A stretch of DNA of 64,000 nt from Camelus ferus (Eukaryota): the NCBI RefSeq assembly GCF_009834535.1, contig NC_045696.1, forward strand, positions 80,106,001-80,170,000, written 5' to 3'. A program made the translations under genes and the position numbers. This document shows positions 1 to 14,844 of this stretch, piece after piece. Numbering within the stretch: the first letter of the stretch is position 1; the number at the start of each line of letters is the position of its first letter. The notes below the pieces were generated by a model. That model was not told the DNA's origin, ran no database searches, and worked only from the letters and a program-made list of their open reading frames with translations.

Positions 1-2904
1 ACCATTTACAGAGGAGGAAACTAGGTCAGAGAGTCCAGGATCACATGGTTAGTTCATCACTGAACTAGGACTAGATGCCAGTGCTCTTGCTCATACATTT
101 CACTGCCTTTCACAACTCTGTTCTGCAATTCTATAAATTCTTAGACATGACTCAGCATTATGTTTATTTGTGTCTTCTTGGGAAACATGGACAAAAAATT
201 TTATATCAGGTTCAGAATATATTTTTATTTTGTTCATTCATTATATTCTAGAAATGTGATGGTATGAATCTGTAGATGGATAGAAAGAGGGAGAAAGAAA
301 AAATGCAACTAAGTTGTAATTCCTTTATATCCAATGGATGTGCCACCATTGGCTAGCCTCTACCTTTAGGAATTCACATATATTAATGAGCTGGGTTTAT
401 AAAATATTAAAACTCATCATAATTATGAATTTACTCTATAAATGGTTTTATCTGGACTTTCTGTTATAAACAGAACCAACTCAGTCTAGCTAGTTTTAAC
501 AGAAGAGGGCCAATCATTCTCAAAGGCTAAAGCTTCTTGAGGCAGTACCAAAAGCCACCCTGAGACTGTCTCCAGTGCCTCTGGGATCAAGGTGCACAGA
601 CACCACCAGCAGTCTTCACCTTTGATACCACTGAGAGCTCTGTGCCTCTCAGCTAGACTCTTCATGATGCTCTTTTGAGTGAAAGGCATTCTGTGGGTGC
701 TGCTAATGGCAAAATCTAGAGCACATACTGCGTATCTGAGATGTGAGAGAGACTGGAAAGGTGACATTCATAGCTTCCAGCTTGCAGACCTGGGATTCAC
801 AATGTGATAAATTACCAATGTTTAGAACATTTAAAAGCTTCTAAGAGGCCACAGATATACAAAATGCCCACTATGATGCTTATGCAGGTTTTCTTTGGAA
901 TAATGTCACATTCATATGCCCCCAAACATATTCACTATAAGGCATATGAAGAGACAGATGATTCACCTTTTAAACATGAAATATAATGAAAATTTAAAAT
1001 TAAAAAAAATTTCTTTTTATTCTCTTTCTCTCCAACACTTCCTCTTTATCCCCTACTTTCCTTCCTATTATTCCTCCTTTTTTCCCTTGTCTTTTTTCTG
1101 TATCTATAATTTCCCTAAATATATTTATCAAGAATCTGTATAAATGAGAATTGTCATTAAATTTTAACAAAGTATTACATGACTTTACCAGTGCTATTCA
1201 CACTGTTAATGTTTTAAGTATTCATATCTGTATTCCAGCTAAGATCTCACTCCTGAGATCCACACCTATACGTTGAATCTCCTTTTGGAAGTCTGTTTCT
1301 CAAACTTCAGTAAGCCCCAAACTGAACTCAATATTATCCTACACAGACCTTCTTCTGCTGTATTTCTTAAGTGAATGGTGCCATCTACCAAATTCCCCAT
1401 GACTCTAGAAACTTTGAAGTCATCTTCCATTCCTCCCTTTTACCAGGTTAAAACAGCACAGCAGTCCTGTGTATTGTACCCCTCTAAAATCTGTCCAGTT
1501 ATTTCCACTCCTTCTGCTGCTGTCTTCTGCAGGGTCTAAGCTCTTCTCACGCAGACCGTGGAAGTGAGGCTTCCAGGCTAATATCCTGACCTTCATCCTG
1601 CCCTACCTACTACAGCAGACATATGTTATCAGAATGATCTTTTTAAAAATGTTGATCTGATTATGTAATTTACCTTCCATTAGACTATTTCAGTTTCCTT
1701 AGCCTTCAGGTCAGTATAAAGCTTAAGCTAGACCTTGACAGTCAAAGCCCTTCATGATGTATTTGCTGCCCTCTTCTCTTGCCAAAGGGTAAGGCTGACT
1801 CTGAGTCATGCATTGGAGTCCAAGGATCCAAATGGGGCAGGATAATCTAACATGAGGAAGGCAAATTTGCACACTTTGGACCAAGGATAGCTTTGCAGCA
1901 CCCCAGGTTACCTTCTTCAAGTTTATGAAGGGTTGCACTTAGAAAGTGAATGATAAATATTTATTTAGTATCTGAGACCATATAGGATTAAACATTTGTA
2001 CTAACAAGTTTAAACTGAATCAACAGAGATTTTGGTTAGTCTTAAGAGAAGAGTTTTCCTGTTAAATTGATTAATCCTAAACATCAAGTTGCCAAATCTC
2101 TAGAGGTGTTTAAAAACATTAGATATTAATCTACCAGGAGGCATACAGTTGTAGGAAAGAATTTTTTAGAAAAAAAAAAATTTATTTAACAAAGTAACAG
2201 ATTTAATACACCCAAGAAACCATGGTCCACTCTGCATACTAAGGGGGTAAGACCCAAGCTTAAAGTTTTATGGGGACCATCACCCTCCCAGCCTGCTGGA
2301 ATAGTTCTGTATTCATTCACCAACCTCATTTGGAAATAACAATTTTAAGTTCATCTTTGAGGTTGATTGTGGGTGTGACTTCAGGGCCAAATGGCTCTCT
2401 GCACCACCCTCCCTCCAGTCTCTGGTTATAACTTTATTTAAAAAGAATACTCTTTTGTTCAAATGATCAGTAAAAATTAACAATGTTATAAATAAAAACA
2501 AACAAACAAACAAATAAACAAGCAAGCTACACAGTTTCAGACAGTGCCTTACAAAAGAATCTCTGTTCACTGGTTCATCAAGGGCAGGTTCCTACCTCCT
2601 CTTTGGAGAGGCTTTAACTTGCTGTGGGAGATCCTATCAGTATGATATGTCATGGTTTCCTCCTGTGCCCCTGAGTATTGGGCTGCAAAAAGGGCCAGGA
2701 TTGGCAAGAGAAACAGATTTTAGAGCTAGGCCCCAGCAGGAAGTTACTTAGAGTTTGTCACTGCTTAATATGGGTGTCCACAGGGCATTCAGTGTTCCCT
2801 ACAGAAGGGTCATATCACCTCAGAACTGATGTGAATGGGGTCTCAGGCCAGTGGTTACTGTTACAAAACAACTTTGCCCACTGTGCCAGTCATACTGTCA
2901 TTCT

Positions 2905-3235
2905 TGTTGACCTAAAACAAATAGACTGCTAGTTATTTCTCCAGCAAAAAAGAGATGATTTTATTCAGGATCAGCAGAGAATCGCAATTCCGTTTCTACA
3001 GCCATGGTAAGCTACGGGAAGTCTTTGCATAGCACTGGAAGGAGAACTCTTTTATAGAAGGGAATGGAAATTTGGGAGGGCTCTGTAAACAAAGAGTCCA
3101 TGGCCTTTCATTGGCTGCATCCTTGGCAGGAAAGGAGTCTTTCTTCCTTTTGGGCTCTGCCATTGTTGCAGGGTGTGAGGGCTCCCTCTTCTGACTTCCC
3201 AACTCAATTAAATTAAGTTTTCTGTTAATTATTTA
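2905..3235 (-). mobile_element. ERV1-type LTR (MER34/39-like 3' portion)
   Basis: The minus strand has TATAAAA, then AATAAA, and ends ...tttgttttaggtcAACA, which is a typical LTR R/U5 terminus. Confidence 0.6.
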
Positions 3236-3269
3236 GTTGTAATAATTATCATCATTGGATCAATCCTTG

Positions 3270-3740
3270 TAATGTATATCGTCCTTTACAATTTACAGCA
3301 TACTTTTGCTTGCATTCTCTCAGATTATTCTCCCAACCATCCTATGACATGGGCATTATTATATTCCCATGTGTCATATGAGGAGACTGAGGTTTAGAGT
3401 TTATCTCACAGTTAGGTCATTGGTGGAGCTGTGATTTGAATAGAGAGCCATGTTTGTAAGTGCTCCACTGCAACCATGTCCATCGGAGCCACTCCATTCC
3501 CAAAGGTGGTGCCAACCAGATTCTGTTTGTTGAAATAGTCAGGTTTAGTGACTCAGCAGTCAGTGCAGTGGAGTGAAACTAAGCATGGCTGTGCAGTCAG
3601 ACCTGGGTTCAAATCCCAGCTCAGCCATGTATTATCTGAGTGACTGAGTGACCATGTCATTTTCAGCCCCAGCTTCCCATTTGTGAAATGAGGTTATTGA
3701 AAGTATGCCTCAGGGAATTGTCATGGGTGATGGATGAGGG
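3270..3740. repeat. Two MIR SINEs in opposite orientation (representative of many MIRs in the window)
   Basis: MIR core catatgaggagactgaggtttagag is present, as is agtcagacctgggttcaaatcccagctcagcca in the opposite orientation. Confidence 0.7.
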
Positions 3741-4344
3741 TGGGAAGGGAAGGACTGGCAGAATTTGCTACTTCTTCTACCTTTATTGTGTCTGTGGCTG
3801 TGTTGTATGTTGAATGTCACAGATATAATCTGGACCCTGACCTCAAAGAGGGGAGGGCCACATGTAAAAGGGGGAATGAGTCAGAGAATTCAGAATAGGA
3901 ATTAATTCTGCTAAGGGAGGCTTCTCCCAGATAGAGTATGCAAACAAGGCTTTGAGAGAGATGAGGCCACTGGCTGGGTGCCCTCACATCTGCGCAGAAT
4001 AATCTGATTGACAAGGGATCTCACACCTGTTATCTAGTTTGATCTCCACAATAATGCTGGGCTGAGAAGGGACTTTAGCAGATTCCACCTTTGCAAGTGG
4101 GAAAACTGAGGCAGATGATATTCAGTCAAGGTCACAAGTCAGCAGGGAGCTTCCTGCCTGTCTCAGGACTCTGGATCAGTACTCAGTGCCTCTGTTCCTC
4201 TCTCATAATAAAGTGACCCCAGGGTGGCTGACTGTCCCTGAACAGCTTGATAGAGCTTGTATGTGCTCCTGTGGTCTCTGGTTGAGGAGATCAGAATCAT
4301 TCACATCTCCCCTGACTCCCACAGGGGATGGGGCCCACTTACTT

Positions 4345-4849
4345 TGTTACCAGGAAAAGGGAAATAAGAATTACCTTGGTTCTTAGTTACCTGAAAAAAA
4401 GATTTTTGACAAGAGACAGAAAGTGTGATATAAGCAAGATTTGTATTAGTGAAGTAAAAGAAAATAGTAAAATATAGTACACTCCCGAGAATTGGGAGCG
4501 GGCCAATCCAAGAGAGGAAAAAATGCCGCCATTCCTTTGTTTTTCCTGTTTTTATATCCTGGTTTCGTGATTGATTGATTGATTGATTGACAACTCAGGT
4601 TCCCTGCCCTCTGGCACGCCCATCCCCTTTTGGTCAGGTTCATTGGGTCAGGTTATACCAGGTCCCCTTCCCATGTGCAGCTGCAGCACTTTGATTTTAA
4701 CTGGCTTCTTCTACTGGCCCTCATTTATAGGAAGTAAAAATTTCTGGAGTCCCTTTTCCTGAATGCAGACACACTGCCATTTTCTAGGTTGTTCCTTTCC
4801 CCTTCCTCTCCCCCTGCCCAGTGCGTGTTTCTATCAAAGCTACCTAACA
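4345..4849 (-). mobile_element. Solo ERV1-type LTR
   Basis: A ~505-bp element with inverted termini TGTTA...TAACA, a TATA-like signal on the minus strand and an internal (GATT)n. No clear TSD. Confidence 0.6.
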
Positions 4850-7800
4850 TCACCCCTTCCGAGCCTTGTTCCACATAACTTCAAACGGGATGAACTAATT
4901 GCTCCCACCTCTGTGCTCCTGCAGTACTTGACTCAAACTACACTGCACACTGGCACTTCTTTTTGTGTTATTCTTGTGTTTTGTTTCCCATAGTGAATTA
5001 TTCTGAACTGTACAAGTCTGCCCTCCACCCTTTAAAGGCTGAAAAGTCACATCTTTGTAAACATACTGCCATATTTTAAGTTTAGCTGGAGTAGATGTCA
5101 TTTCTGGGACAACTAGAGTATTTTTCTACCTTTATTCCTTTCTTGCACACAATACATGATGTCTAAAAATTCTACCACTAAATATTATAACTATGTTTCT
5201 GGTTTGAAGGGTTGCAAATGTGAAAAAAAAAATCTAAGGCTTTAAAAAATGTTATTTTTGGTTTATGAAGGAAAAATAGAGAAGTTATTCTATCCTAAAC
5301 AGAAAAAGCTTTAAGAAAAAAAAATGTTTTTTGATTAGAAAACAAAATTATAATTTTTTTGTATTTTGTATAACTTTGTTTATAATTTAGATTACTAATT
5401 GCCTCTCCTCTTTCTCATCATCACTTTAAGAAGGGATTTAGGGGATGATGACGTTTTTAAGAAAATAGGATTTGTCATTAGAACATTAGATTTAATTTCT
5501 GATGCTGCTTATTCTGTGATGTTAAGCAAATCACTGAACTTATTTGGGCTTTAGTTTTCTCATCTATAATATTGCATAAAAATATTCTACCAATCTCACA
5601 GAATTGTATGAATTAAATAAAAAAAACCACATATGAAAGAGCATTGAACAATTCTCAGGATCTAGACAGTAGTACACAGTAGTTCTAGTGACTGAAATAG
5701 ATGAAATAAGGAGCATAGGTATCTTCATTTTATCATTGAATGATCTCACCAGGAAGTGGACAGAAAACTACCAAACCTTGAACAGTGATTAATTCCTACT
5801 TAGGAATTCTTATGGTGGATATTTTAGCCTTTAAGATAGGTTTAGTGTTGAATTTCTTCACTTTGCTACTAATTCTAGCAGTTATGGTAATCTGTGATCT
5901 GGCTGAAATGAAAGCTTAGCCTGAAAAGTCAAGAGGTACTTTGCTTATTAGCAAGGAATGTGTAGGAAATGGATCTTCTTTCAGAATGTCAAGGGTCTTC
6001 ATAACAAAATTTAATTGGATAACTGGTTTGGTTCCTATCAAGTCAGATTAGGCCTTGAGAAGTACAAAACACATGGACTTAGAAAGAGTGAAAAGGGTAA
6101 TATTTTAAAACCAAGTAAAAAATTAGCATAAAAGATAATTTTTTAAAAATTGGGAGATGCAGTTATTGTGAGGTAGATGATCAAAGATTTCTAAAATCGA
6201 TGAGACCTTCATTTGATAGAAATAAACCATCATATACAATTAAAAAAACCTTCAATATAATATGTGTATTTTTCAGACTAGCCAGGGAAGTAAATCTATT
6301 CTTACTTCCTTACTAGGAGTACAAAGAATACAACTTCCTGTTGGATCTCTACCATTGATTTTAGAACTGATCTTACAATTCTATTCATTAGAACTCTAAA
6401 GTAACTTGTAATGAGTTAGCCATGAGTATTGCAAAAGCTGAATGATTCATTTTACCTAAGGACAGGAAAAATAACTGTAGACCAATGAATCCAGAAGAGC
6501 TCAATTATGATCCATGTTTTTTCCCAATGACAGAATTTCTTGCCAAATATATATTTCTGTAATTTGATTATGATCATCTATTGAACTAATACTGCATTTG
6601 AGTGATTCCTTGTTTTTCCCCCACGTAAGTTACTTTTTTGTGACAGTTCTTTTATTATTCTTATAGAAGTACATTTTTAGAGCCTTATTTAAAGTGTCTC
6701 TTTGGCATACGATTAGCCTTATAATTGCATTCTCATATGACTGGTAGCTCTTGGAGCTAGAAGAAATCTTAGAGATACTGGGTCCAAACTGTTATTTTAC
6801 AGATAAAGAAACTACTAGTCAACAATGATGAGTAATTTTCCTTAGGTCATAGATAGGGAAAGAGCTACCTATTATGATAGAGCCAAGTCAGGAACTCCTA
6901 ACCAAACTTTCTATTAGGATATGCTGTTTGAGGCAAATAAATTATAAAGGATTGTTTTATTAATAGAATTTTAAAATTAGAGAAATACATGTAAATAGTC
7001 TTAACTTTCAATAAAAGTCCAGGTTTATTTGGTGTAAGATGGTTTCAGTACCAGTTTCCTTTGCATCCTTGTGACTTTTTGCTTCTAAGTTTATTTTTAG
7101 AACATTATAGAGTAATAAATGAAGAAAATGGAAAATTGCAAAGTAATAAAAAGAAAATAAAATTATTCGAAGTTCTTTTATACAAACAGAAATACATTTG
7201 ACGTTTAAGTGTATTTCCCTCCAGCTGTTGTATTTGTGTTGTTTTAAACATAATTGTTGTCATAATATATATATTCATTCACTTATAACTAAATAGTTGT
7301 TTGTGGTGATATCCTGCTTTTAAAATTATTTTAAGGACAAGGTGTTCTGTTTACATTTAGATATAATATTTACTTATTTTGATATGTATAAATACATATT
7401 TATATGTATTTATGTTAAAATAAATGGTTTCTTGTAGAAAAACATTTACATAGTTTTCAAAGTAATTTTTAAAAAATGTTTAAATAACTAATCTCTACTA
7501 AAGAATGTTTTCTACATAAACATTCATACTATAACATCATTTATAAAAGGAAACTGGATACTATCTATTTACCTACCTTTCCTAACATCTGCATTATCTA
7601 TTCTATCTTTACAATTTTTTGGAGGGAAAACAAGACCTTGAAAATTATTTTACATTCCTTGACTCTTGGAAGGTTAAACATTTTCTTATGTGTCTCTTTA
7701 CTAGCAGTATTTTCTGCTACATGAATATAAACATTATTAAAATGTTTTTATTTTTATCAATGGAGTTTCATACTGATAAACATTTTAAAATAACAGAAGT

Positions 7801-8099
7801 TTTAAATGTTTAAACAAGTGCATCAAAAGTCTACCATATCATTTTTTACTATATGTAGCAAATTATCATACCTGAGTTACAAACTCTAGGGGAAAAAATT
7901 CTAAAACAGAGCTGACACACTGTAATAACTGAATCACTTTCCAAGAGTCTTGAAATTACAACTTGCTGAATTAATTGTAAGACCCCCTTTTTATGCCACA
8001 CATGCATAAGCAAAAAATAAAATCCTACACATTTTAAAGGTTTTTTTGCCTCACCATTTAATTCTTGGTGTAAAGAGTTTTGTTTCATTTTGTTTTAAA

Positions 8100-11000
8100 A
8101 GGTGGAGGCAGTGATGTTAGCAGGATTATGGCATAGACATCCCTTATTTTTGTCTTCCCTCCCACCCCAACAACAAAGTCAGCATCCATTCATGGACAAC
8201 AGTGCCTTTAAGGGAGCTGTGGGTTTTAGCACCATATGTCAAGGGGCCCAGGAGGTGTCTTGTCAGGGAAAAGGCAGACAGACCTTGATTGTAACTGTGG
8301 ACCCTGGAGTGGCCAGTAAACCATTTTCAGCCTCTCTCAGTAAAGATTTAGGAGTCCCTAGAGAACACTGACTTAGACAGTCACTCACAAACCAAAGAGC
8401 CTTTGTGGAAATCTGTGTTTCCAGAAAAGTTCCTACACTCCATGGAGGAAAAAAAATTTAGTTTAGACACATTACAGTGAGCACTTAGTAAAGACTGGAG
8501 GAAATAATACTTCAGATGTGAAGATAGCAACACAAGAACTCCAAGGAACATGGAAAATCAAGGAAACATGATATCACCAAAAAATCACAATAATCTTCTG
8601 ATAACTGAACACAAAGACATGAAGATCTCTGACTTACTGGATAAAGAATTCAAAGTAATTATTTTAAAGAAACTCAGTGAGCTACAAGAAGCCAAGAAAG
8701 ATAATTCAGCAAAATCTGGAAAACAATACATGAACAAAATGAATTTAACAAAGAGAAATCATAAGAAAGAACTAAACAGAGATTCTGGAGCTGAAAAATA
8801 CAATGAATGAAATTAAAAGTGCAATAGAGAACGTAAGAGCAGACTTGATCAAATAGAATAAAGAATCAGTGAGATTGAAGACAGGAACTTTGAAGTTATC
8901 CAGTCAGAAGAGAACAAAGGAAAAAGAGGAAAGAAAGCCTATGTGAATTATGGAATACCATCAAAAGAACCAATTTGGAATCACTGCTGTTACAGAATGA
9001 GGGAAGGAGAAGGGGGTAAGAAAGTTTATTTAGAGAAATAATGGCTGAGAACTTCCCAAATTTGGGGAGCTAATTTGGATATCTAGGTTCACGAAACTCA
9101 CAGGTCACTAAAGAAAATCAAATTAAAGAGAAACCCTCTCCAAAACACACAGAATAAAAGTATCAAAAATCAAAGACAAAGAAAATCATAAAAGCAGAAG
9201 AGAAAAAAAGGAAATCCTCAAAAGTCGACTATTTAGCAAAACCTTACAGGCTCGAAGAAAGTAAAATATATTCAAAATGCAGAAAGGAAAAGAAACTGCC
9301 AACCAAGAGTACTTTACCTGGCAAAGCTGTCCTTCAGAAATAAAAGAGAAATGAATACTTTCTCAGACAAACAAAAGCTGAGGGAATTAACCACTACTAG
9401 ATCTTCCTTATAAGAAATGCTGAAAGGAGTTCTTCATGCTGAAATGAAAGGATGCTGATTAGTAACATGAAAGCATATGAAGATATACAATATACTGGTA
9501 AAGGTAAGTATGTAATCAAATTCAGAATACTCTAATACTGTGATCTGATGGAGTGTCAAATGCTTAACTCTAGTATAAAGGTTAAGGACAAGAGTATTAA
9601 AAATAGCTATAGCTACATTAATTTGTTAATGAATACACATTAAAAAGTAAATTGTTACATCAAAACATAAAAGGAGAGGAGTAAAGTGTTGTTTTTTTGT
9701 ATGCGATTGAAGTCAAGCTGTTACCAGCATAAAATAGACTGTTATATTTATTTCATGTAAGCCTCATGGTAACTATGCATCAGAAACCTAAAGCAGATTC
9801 ACAAAAGATAAAGAGACAAGAATCAAAGCATACCAGTACAGAAAATCATAAATTCATGAAAGAAGGCAACAAGAGATGGAGAAAGGAACAAGGAAACTAC
9901 AAAACATCCAGGAAACAATTGATAAGATGGCATTTTTGAGTCCTTACCTATTAATAATTACTCTAAATGTAGATGGATTGAATTCTCCAATCAAAACACA
10001 CCAAGTGGCTGGATGAATTTGAAAAACAAGACTCAACTGTATTCTGCCTCCAAGAGACTTACTTCAGTTTTAGGGACACGCATAGGCTCAACATGAAAGG
10101 ATGGAAAAGATATTCCATGTAAGTGGAAACCAAAAGAGAGAAGGGGTAGCTATACTTATAGCAGACAAAATAGAGTTTAAGCCAAAAAACACTAACAAGA
10201 GACAAAGAAAGGCCATTATCTAATGATAAAGAGATTAATTCATTAAGAAGTTGTATATAACAATCGTAAATATATACGGTCCCTACATCAGAGCACCTAA
10301 ATATATTAAGCAATACCAACAAATCTGAAGGGAGAAATAGACAATACAATAATAGGTAGGGGACTTCAATACCCAATTTCTACAGTGGATAGATCATCTA
10401 GGCAGATAATCAACAAGGAAACATTGGGCTTGAATTATGCTTCAAACAAGTAGACCTAAACAGACATATACAGAATATTCCATTCAACAGCAGCAGAATA
10501 CACATTCTTTTGAAGTGCACATGGAACATTCTGTAGGATAGATCATATGTTGGTCACAAAACACATTGAAACAAATTTAAAAAGATTAAAATTGTATCAA
10601 GTATCTTTTTCAAGCACAGTGGTATAAAACTAGAAATCAATAACAGGAGGAAAGCTGGAAAATTCACAAATATGTGGAAATTAAAAGCACACTCTTGAAC
10701 AGCCAGTGGGTCAAAAAAGAAATCAGAAGGGAAATAAAAAATAACTTGAAACAAACAAAAATGAATACACAACATACCAAAACATGTGGGATGCTGCAAA
10801 AGCAGTTCTAAGAGGAGAGTTAATAGTGATAAATATCAAGATTAAGAAAAAGAAAGATCTCAAATAAACAACCTAACTTTATACCTTAAGAAACTAGAAA
10901 AAGAATAAATTAAGCTCAGAGTTAGTAGAAGGAAGGAAATATAGATCGGAGCAGAAATAAGTGAAAGAGGGACCAAAAGCAACAACAGAAAAAGACCAAT

Positions 11001-11920
11001 GAAACTAAGAGTGGTATTTTGAAAAGAAAGAGAAAATTGACAAGCCTTTAGCTAAACTAGCCAAGAAAAAAGAAGAGAAGACTCAAAATCAGAAAAGAAA
11101 TAGGAGACATTACAACTGATACCACAGAAATGCAAGGGATCATAAGAGACTACCGGTATACTCCTGAGATAGTACAGTTACAGGTCCATACTACCACAAT
11201 CAAGTGAATATTGCATGAATTGTTTGGTTTCTCAGTGCATGTAAATGTTACACTATCCTATACTGTAGCCTATTAAATGTGTAATAGCATTTTGTCTAAA
11301 AAAATGTACGTACCTTAGTTTTAAAATATTTAATTGCCAAAAAGTGCTAACCATCATCTGAAAACACAGGGTTGCCACAGACCTTCAATTTATAAAAAGC
11401 ATGTATCTGTAAAATGCAATAAAGTGATGTGCCATAAAAGAAGTATGCTTATACTATCAACAATTATATGCCAACAAATTAGATAATGTAGAAGAAATAA
11501 GAAAGTTCTAAATATTACACCAAAAACTGTTTAGAACTAATCAATAAATTCAGCAAAGTTGCAGGATACAAAATCAACATACAGAGATCAGTTGCATTTA
11601 TATACACTAGCAATGAAACATCTGAAAAAAATAAAACAATCCCATTCACAGTAACTTAAAAAAATAATAAAATACTTATGAATACATTTAATCAAGGAAA
11701 TGAAAAATCTGAACACTGAAAGCAACAAGACTTTGATGAAAGAAACTGAAGAAGATGCAAACAAATGGAAAGATATCCCATATACATGGATCAGAAGAAT
11801 TAATATTGTTTTAAATGTCCATACTATCCAAAGCCATCTATAGATTCAGTGCAATCCCTATCAAAATTCTAATGGCATTTTTCACAGAAATTGAAAAACT
11901 AATTTTAAAATTTGTATGGC
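8100..11920 (+). mobile_element. Old LINE-1 remnant: 5' region, decayed ORF1, and ORF2 endonuclease/partial RT with an internal deletion
   Basis: ORF1-like MENQGNMISPKNHNN... starts at 8550. An ORF2-like start near 9927 (...ataattactctaaatgtagatggattgaattctccaatcaaa) is followed by typical A-rich L1 text to ~11920 with many stops. The sequence jumps in L1 coordinates near 11510. The 5' boundary is approximate. Confidence 0.9.
11153..11451. mobile_element. Tigger1-derived non-autonomous DNA transposon (TcMar-Tigger MITE) inserted in L1 ORF2
   Basis: Degenerate Tigger1 ends (ccggtatactc...; ...gggttgccacagaccttcaattt...aagtatgctta) are flanked by TA at 11151-11152 and 11452-11453. The insertion splits the L1 text ataagagacta|ctatcaacaattatatgccaac. 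Confidence 0.8.
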
Positions 11921-11924
11921 ACTG

Positions 11925-12251
11925 TGAAATTAAATCCAATATGACCAATGTCCTTATAAGAAGATAAGAGACACAAAGATCTATACACAGAGGAGACACC
12001 CATGTAAAGGCCAGAGGCAGAGATTGGATGCATCTACAATCCAAGGAACACCAGGGACTGCCAGCAACCACAGAAGGCAGCATGAGCGAGGCAAGAATGT
12101 ATCATCTCCTAGAGTCTTCAGAGAGACCATGGCCCTCTGACACTTTGATTTCAGACTTCTAGCCTCCAGAACTCTGTGAAAATGAATTTCTATTGTTTTA
12201 AGCCACTCAGTTTGTGGTACTTTATTACAACAGCAACAGGAAACTAATACA
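11925..12251 (+). mobile_element. MaLR (MLT1-type) LTR
   Basis: Characteristic MLT1 text is present (taaatccaatatgacc...gtccttataagaag; gcctccagaactctgtga...tttctattgttttaagccactcagtttgtggtac) and ends ...ggaaactaataca. Confidence 0.85.
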
Positions 12252-12739
12252 GTTAGCAAAGGCAAGATCCAGGAAACCAGAAGATGAGGCATAGCAGTGA
12301 TCCATGAGTTGTTTGTTTATGGTGGGAAGAGGAGGCTATATGATGCTCCCAATCAGGGAGTAACACTGCCATTTTCCTGGAGCTGCCATAGGCAGGTCCA
12401 TGCTGGATTTTTTTTTAAATGAAGTCATAGATCTTTGGATGATGCCATAATAGGATGGTTGCAAGAAAAAAGAAAAACTTCCATTTGTTTTTTGAATGTA
12501 ATCCAGGGTTTTCTGTCTTGAGAGAATATAATGTTATCACAATTGTCAAGATCAAGGATACTTCAAACCATAATTGGTAGTGGGGTTGTGAAAATTAGGT
12601 ACATACATTATAAATATAGTAATTCACAAACTAATTTTCCTCAACATATCATGTAGTGGCTTTGACCTTAATCAAATATTTAACACTACATTTAGGTAGT
12701 ACTGCTAAGGATGTTGCTGGTTATAACTCTTAGTACATC

Positions 12740-14820
12740 ACAGGACTGAAATCATCATCATCCTACCCTCAGACCTGCTTTGCATCCAGTATTTCTTATG
12801 TCAGCTGATGACATTACTCGAACCAGAAACTTTGAAGTCATTATTGAATCCATCCTCTTTCTCCTCTTTCAAGAATCTAGTTAGGAAACCATCAATTTAA
12901 CTTCTAAATGATTTTCTCTCACTTTCACTACCCATCGTTACTCAGTGTTCTAGATCAGACAGTCCCCTTTCTGACAGTTTCTTCTTGGCCTCTTTTGTTA
13001 ACTTGTCCTCTTCCTTTTCCTTAACCAGTAAACGTCAAGGCCTCAAGCCTGCTTTGCATCCTCCCACCTCACACTCTCAACTTCTCTCTCTTCCATTGTC
13101 AGGGCTTCAGTTACAGAACGAAGACTCCTGCACATACATCTCTAGCTTGGACCTCTTCTGTAGCCTCCTGAGTTGTATGCCTAGGAGTCTACTCAATATC
13201 TCTCCTCTAAGTAGATGCTCCATAGAAACTCCAACCTAAGTATTCCACACTGATTGTGTCATTTTTCCTCAAATTTTTTACTCTTCTACTGTTTTTTTTA
13301 TCCATTTGCTTCAACAAGAAACCTGGGAAACCATGTTAACTACTCCTTTTTCCTTCCTTTCCAAATCATTTTAATTCTACCTCAATTCTCTTTTGACTCT
13401 TTAGCCCGGTTACCAACAATTGATACAAGTCTATCATCTTTCTTGGACACCTTAGAAGCAACACCCTCTGAAAAGCTTCTCCTGCTCTCCTTCCACCATA
13501 TACCCTTTACGCTGTCATTAGATCTAATATAAATCCCCCAGTGCTTCCTCATTGCCTAGAAAATAATGTTCAAACTCCTTGGCACAACACATGAGGCCCT
13601 GCTTCATATGACCTCTGCCTAACTCTTCAGGTTAAACTCTCCACCTTCCTGCATTCGATGCTTGAGAAATACCTGAACTACTTGTGGCTCATACCACATT
13701 TCAGGACTTTTGTATGTGTCTTCTCTCTGCTTCAGGTGATCCTACCTCTGTCCAGCTGCACACTCCTGTCCAGCCTCCCCAATTGTTTCAGTCATTACCT
13801 TTCTTGCAGCTCTTCTAGAACAGAACTAATCATTACTTCCGCTCACTATATCTCTCAACTTTGTATATTTGGAATAATAAGTTTATCTGACTTCCTCTCT
13901 GACTAGAGTGTCCTTTATTTTTGGGAAAGGGATCATTTTCATCATGACAGTGCCTACCACAGTGCCATGTAGAGAGCAGGACTCAGTGTTTGTTGGACTA
14001 AAGTTCTGCTTGTCTTTAGATGAAGAAGCCCACTTCACATGGCATAGTCTATGGCATTTTGGGTAAATCACTTCAAGTAATAAAAGTAAAGATTTTGTTA
14101 AACAATGATATTGCTATGTCATATAATTAGGAGATGTTAATAAAAACTAATTTAAGATAATGCTCTATAAATAGAAATGTCAATTGCTTGACTCAAATCA
14201 CACCTTGTTTCCTTAGAAGCGCAGCATTTTATTGACTCTTCTCATTTTATCACCCTTCACAATCTGTAAGTATGTCCTGTCTCCCCTCTCTCTAAAATGT
14301 ATTCTCAATCTGCCCCTTCTCTCAGTCCCCCTGTTCCACTGCCCCTCCAGGCCACCATCATCTCCGATCTGGACTACTGAAAAAGCCTCCTGACTGGCTT
14401 CCTATTCTCTGCACTGCAGCTGGAGTGTTTCTTTTCAAATACAGATCAGATCCCATAGCTCCTCTGCTACAAAGCCTCCAGTGGCTTCTCATGGCATCAG
14501 AATGTTCGAGCTCCCTATTATGGCCCACACAATCCTAGATGATCCACTCTCCTGCACCCGTGCACTCTCCTGCACTCTCCGACTGTGCCTGCACCACCAG
14601 CCCCTGCACATGACTCCTGCCCCGTCAGCAAGCGCTCTCTCTATTCCTTGACCTTATAACACCACAGGGCTTCTGCACTTGTTCCCCACCCTCTAGATTC
14701 CTGCATGACTGTCTCCTGAGTCACTCAGGTCTCAGTTCAAATGGCATCTCCTTAAGGAGCTCCCCTTCATCACCCAATTGAAGCAGCTACCAACCACGGG
14801 GTGTCACACCACCTGTTCTA
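12740..14820 (+). repeat. Cluster of L2 fragments
   Basis: Pyrimidine-rich L2-like text is present (ttcaaactccttggcac, ggccaccatcatctcc...ggactactg...agcctcctgactgg, cagtgcctaccacagtgcc). Boundaries are approximate. Confidence 0.65.
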
Positions 14821-14844
14821 CTTTCTTCACGGTCCTAACCACTC

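Noticed and set aside
5700..6750. Exon-like AG...GT segments upstream of NCEH1 (possible decayed gene)
   Set aside because: The translations I tried contain stops and match nothing I recognise, so this cannot be supported without a search.
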